Source: Phoronis australis
Taxonomy: Eukaryota > Animalia > Phoronida
NCBI GenBank assembly: GCA_002633005.1
Contig: NMRA01000630.1
Location: 124,001 to 188,000, forward strand
Direction: 5' to 3'
Length of the DNA: 64,000 nucleotides
Shown: positions 63,307-64,000 of the stretch, piece by piece
Numbering within the stretch: position 1 is the first letter of the stretch
How the letters are laid out: each line of letters starts with the position of its first letter
The notes under the pieces: generated by a model
The model's input: only the letters and a program-made list of their open reading frames with translations
The model's database searches: none
What the model was told of the DNA's origin: nothing
Made by a program: the position numbers and the translations under genes

Positions 63307-63666
63307 CAAGGTACCTAAACTACACGGTTAACAGACCCATAAACACGGTCAAGGAAGCATGATCACGACTCATGTACCTGCAAACACCGTTCACTGACTC
63401 ACATACATGGGAACGGACTCACAAAACGTATCCATTCACCCAAATACACGGGACACGGACTCACATTCACGAAGAAACACGGTTAACGGACCGCAAAACA
63501 CGTGAATGTGAGTCCGTGTCCCGTGTATTTGGGTGAATGGATCGTGTTTTGTGAGTCCGTTCCCGTGTTTGTGAGTCAGTGAACGGTGTTTGCAGGTATG
63601 TGAGTCGTGATCATGCGTCCGTGACCATGTTTATGAGTCCGTTAACCGTCTAGTTTAGGTACTTTG
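63307..63666. mobile_element. Foldback-type element (about 165-bp inverted arms built of short subrepeats) with 5-bp TSD
   Basis: Ends CAAGGTACCTAAACTACACGG / CCGTCTAGTTTAGGTACTTTG, TSD GAATT (63302-63306 and 63667-63671). A fragment of the right arm also occurs at about 39908-39960. Confidence 0.88.
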
Positions 63667-64000
63667 GAATTTCTAAGGAGTTTTACACATATTCTAAAAA
63701 CCTTGAGGGTTATCGAGGATAAGAGAACATCAAAGAACTCTGAGTGAAAGTTGTTTTTATTATCTGTTAATCTAGCCAAAACCGTGTTTGGTATCCTCTT
63801 AAGTCTGAATTATAGACCTATCCTTCTTGTCTCAGTTCACATCTAAGTTACACATCAACTGCTTTCTGCCACCATGACTACACAAAAGTTAGCACAAAGC
63901 TACCTGGAACATTAGATCCTAACACCAGACATTACTAAGCCCAGGGACGGAGGCACGCACGTGAGACAGAAACACATGGTATACAAATATCGAATGTAAA

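Overview
AT-rich (roughly 38% GC by eye), intron-rich eukaryotic genomic DNA, most likely from an invertebrate animal (a lophotrochozoan is plausible; the taxon cannot be fixed from sequence alone). Six protein genes were reconstructed by hand with phase-consistent splice junctions: (1) a PAQR/membrane progestin receptor-type gene (minus, runs off the left edge, missed by the ORF track); (2) a 10-coding-exon LAS2/C18orf54-like gene, head-to-head with it, with a GC-AG last intron and an array of eight PS[WY][VI]xDL[DE]-like motifs; (3) an intronless METTL27/WBSCR27-like SAM methyltransferase; (4) a cyclin-O-like gene; (5) a signal-peptide cyclophilin (PPIB/PPIC-like); and (6) the last exon of MTHFS (minus). 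Non-coding DNA is dense with transposon relics: a Kolobok-type element with TTAA TSD and a THAP remnant, an Academ-like 3' fragment, L1/Tx1 LINE remnants, hAT- and Harbinger-like MITEs, and at least six different TIR elements that all carry 5-bp TSDs. There are also several minisatellites and long hairpins. There is no CRISPR array, rRNA or convincing intact tRNA, and I found no clearly new multi-gene system. The best leads are the LAS2 motif array and alternative N-termini, the invertebrate cyclin O locus with E2F/NF-Y/RFX-like sites, and the 5-bp-TSD element set. Homology calls rest on recalled motifs, not database searches.
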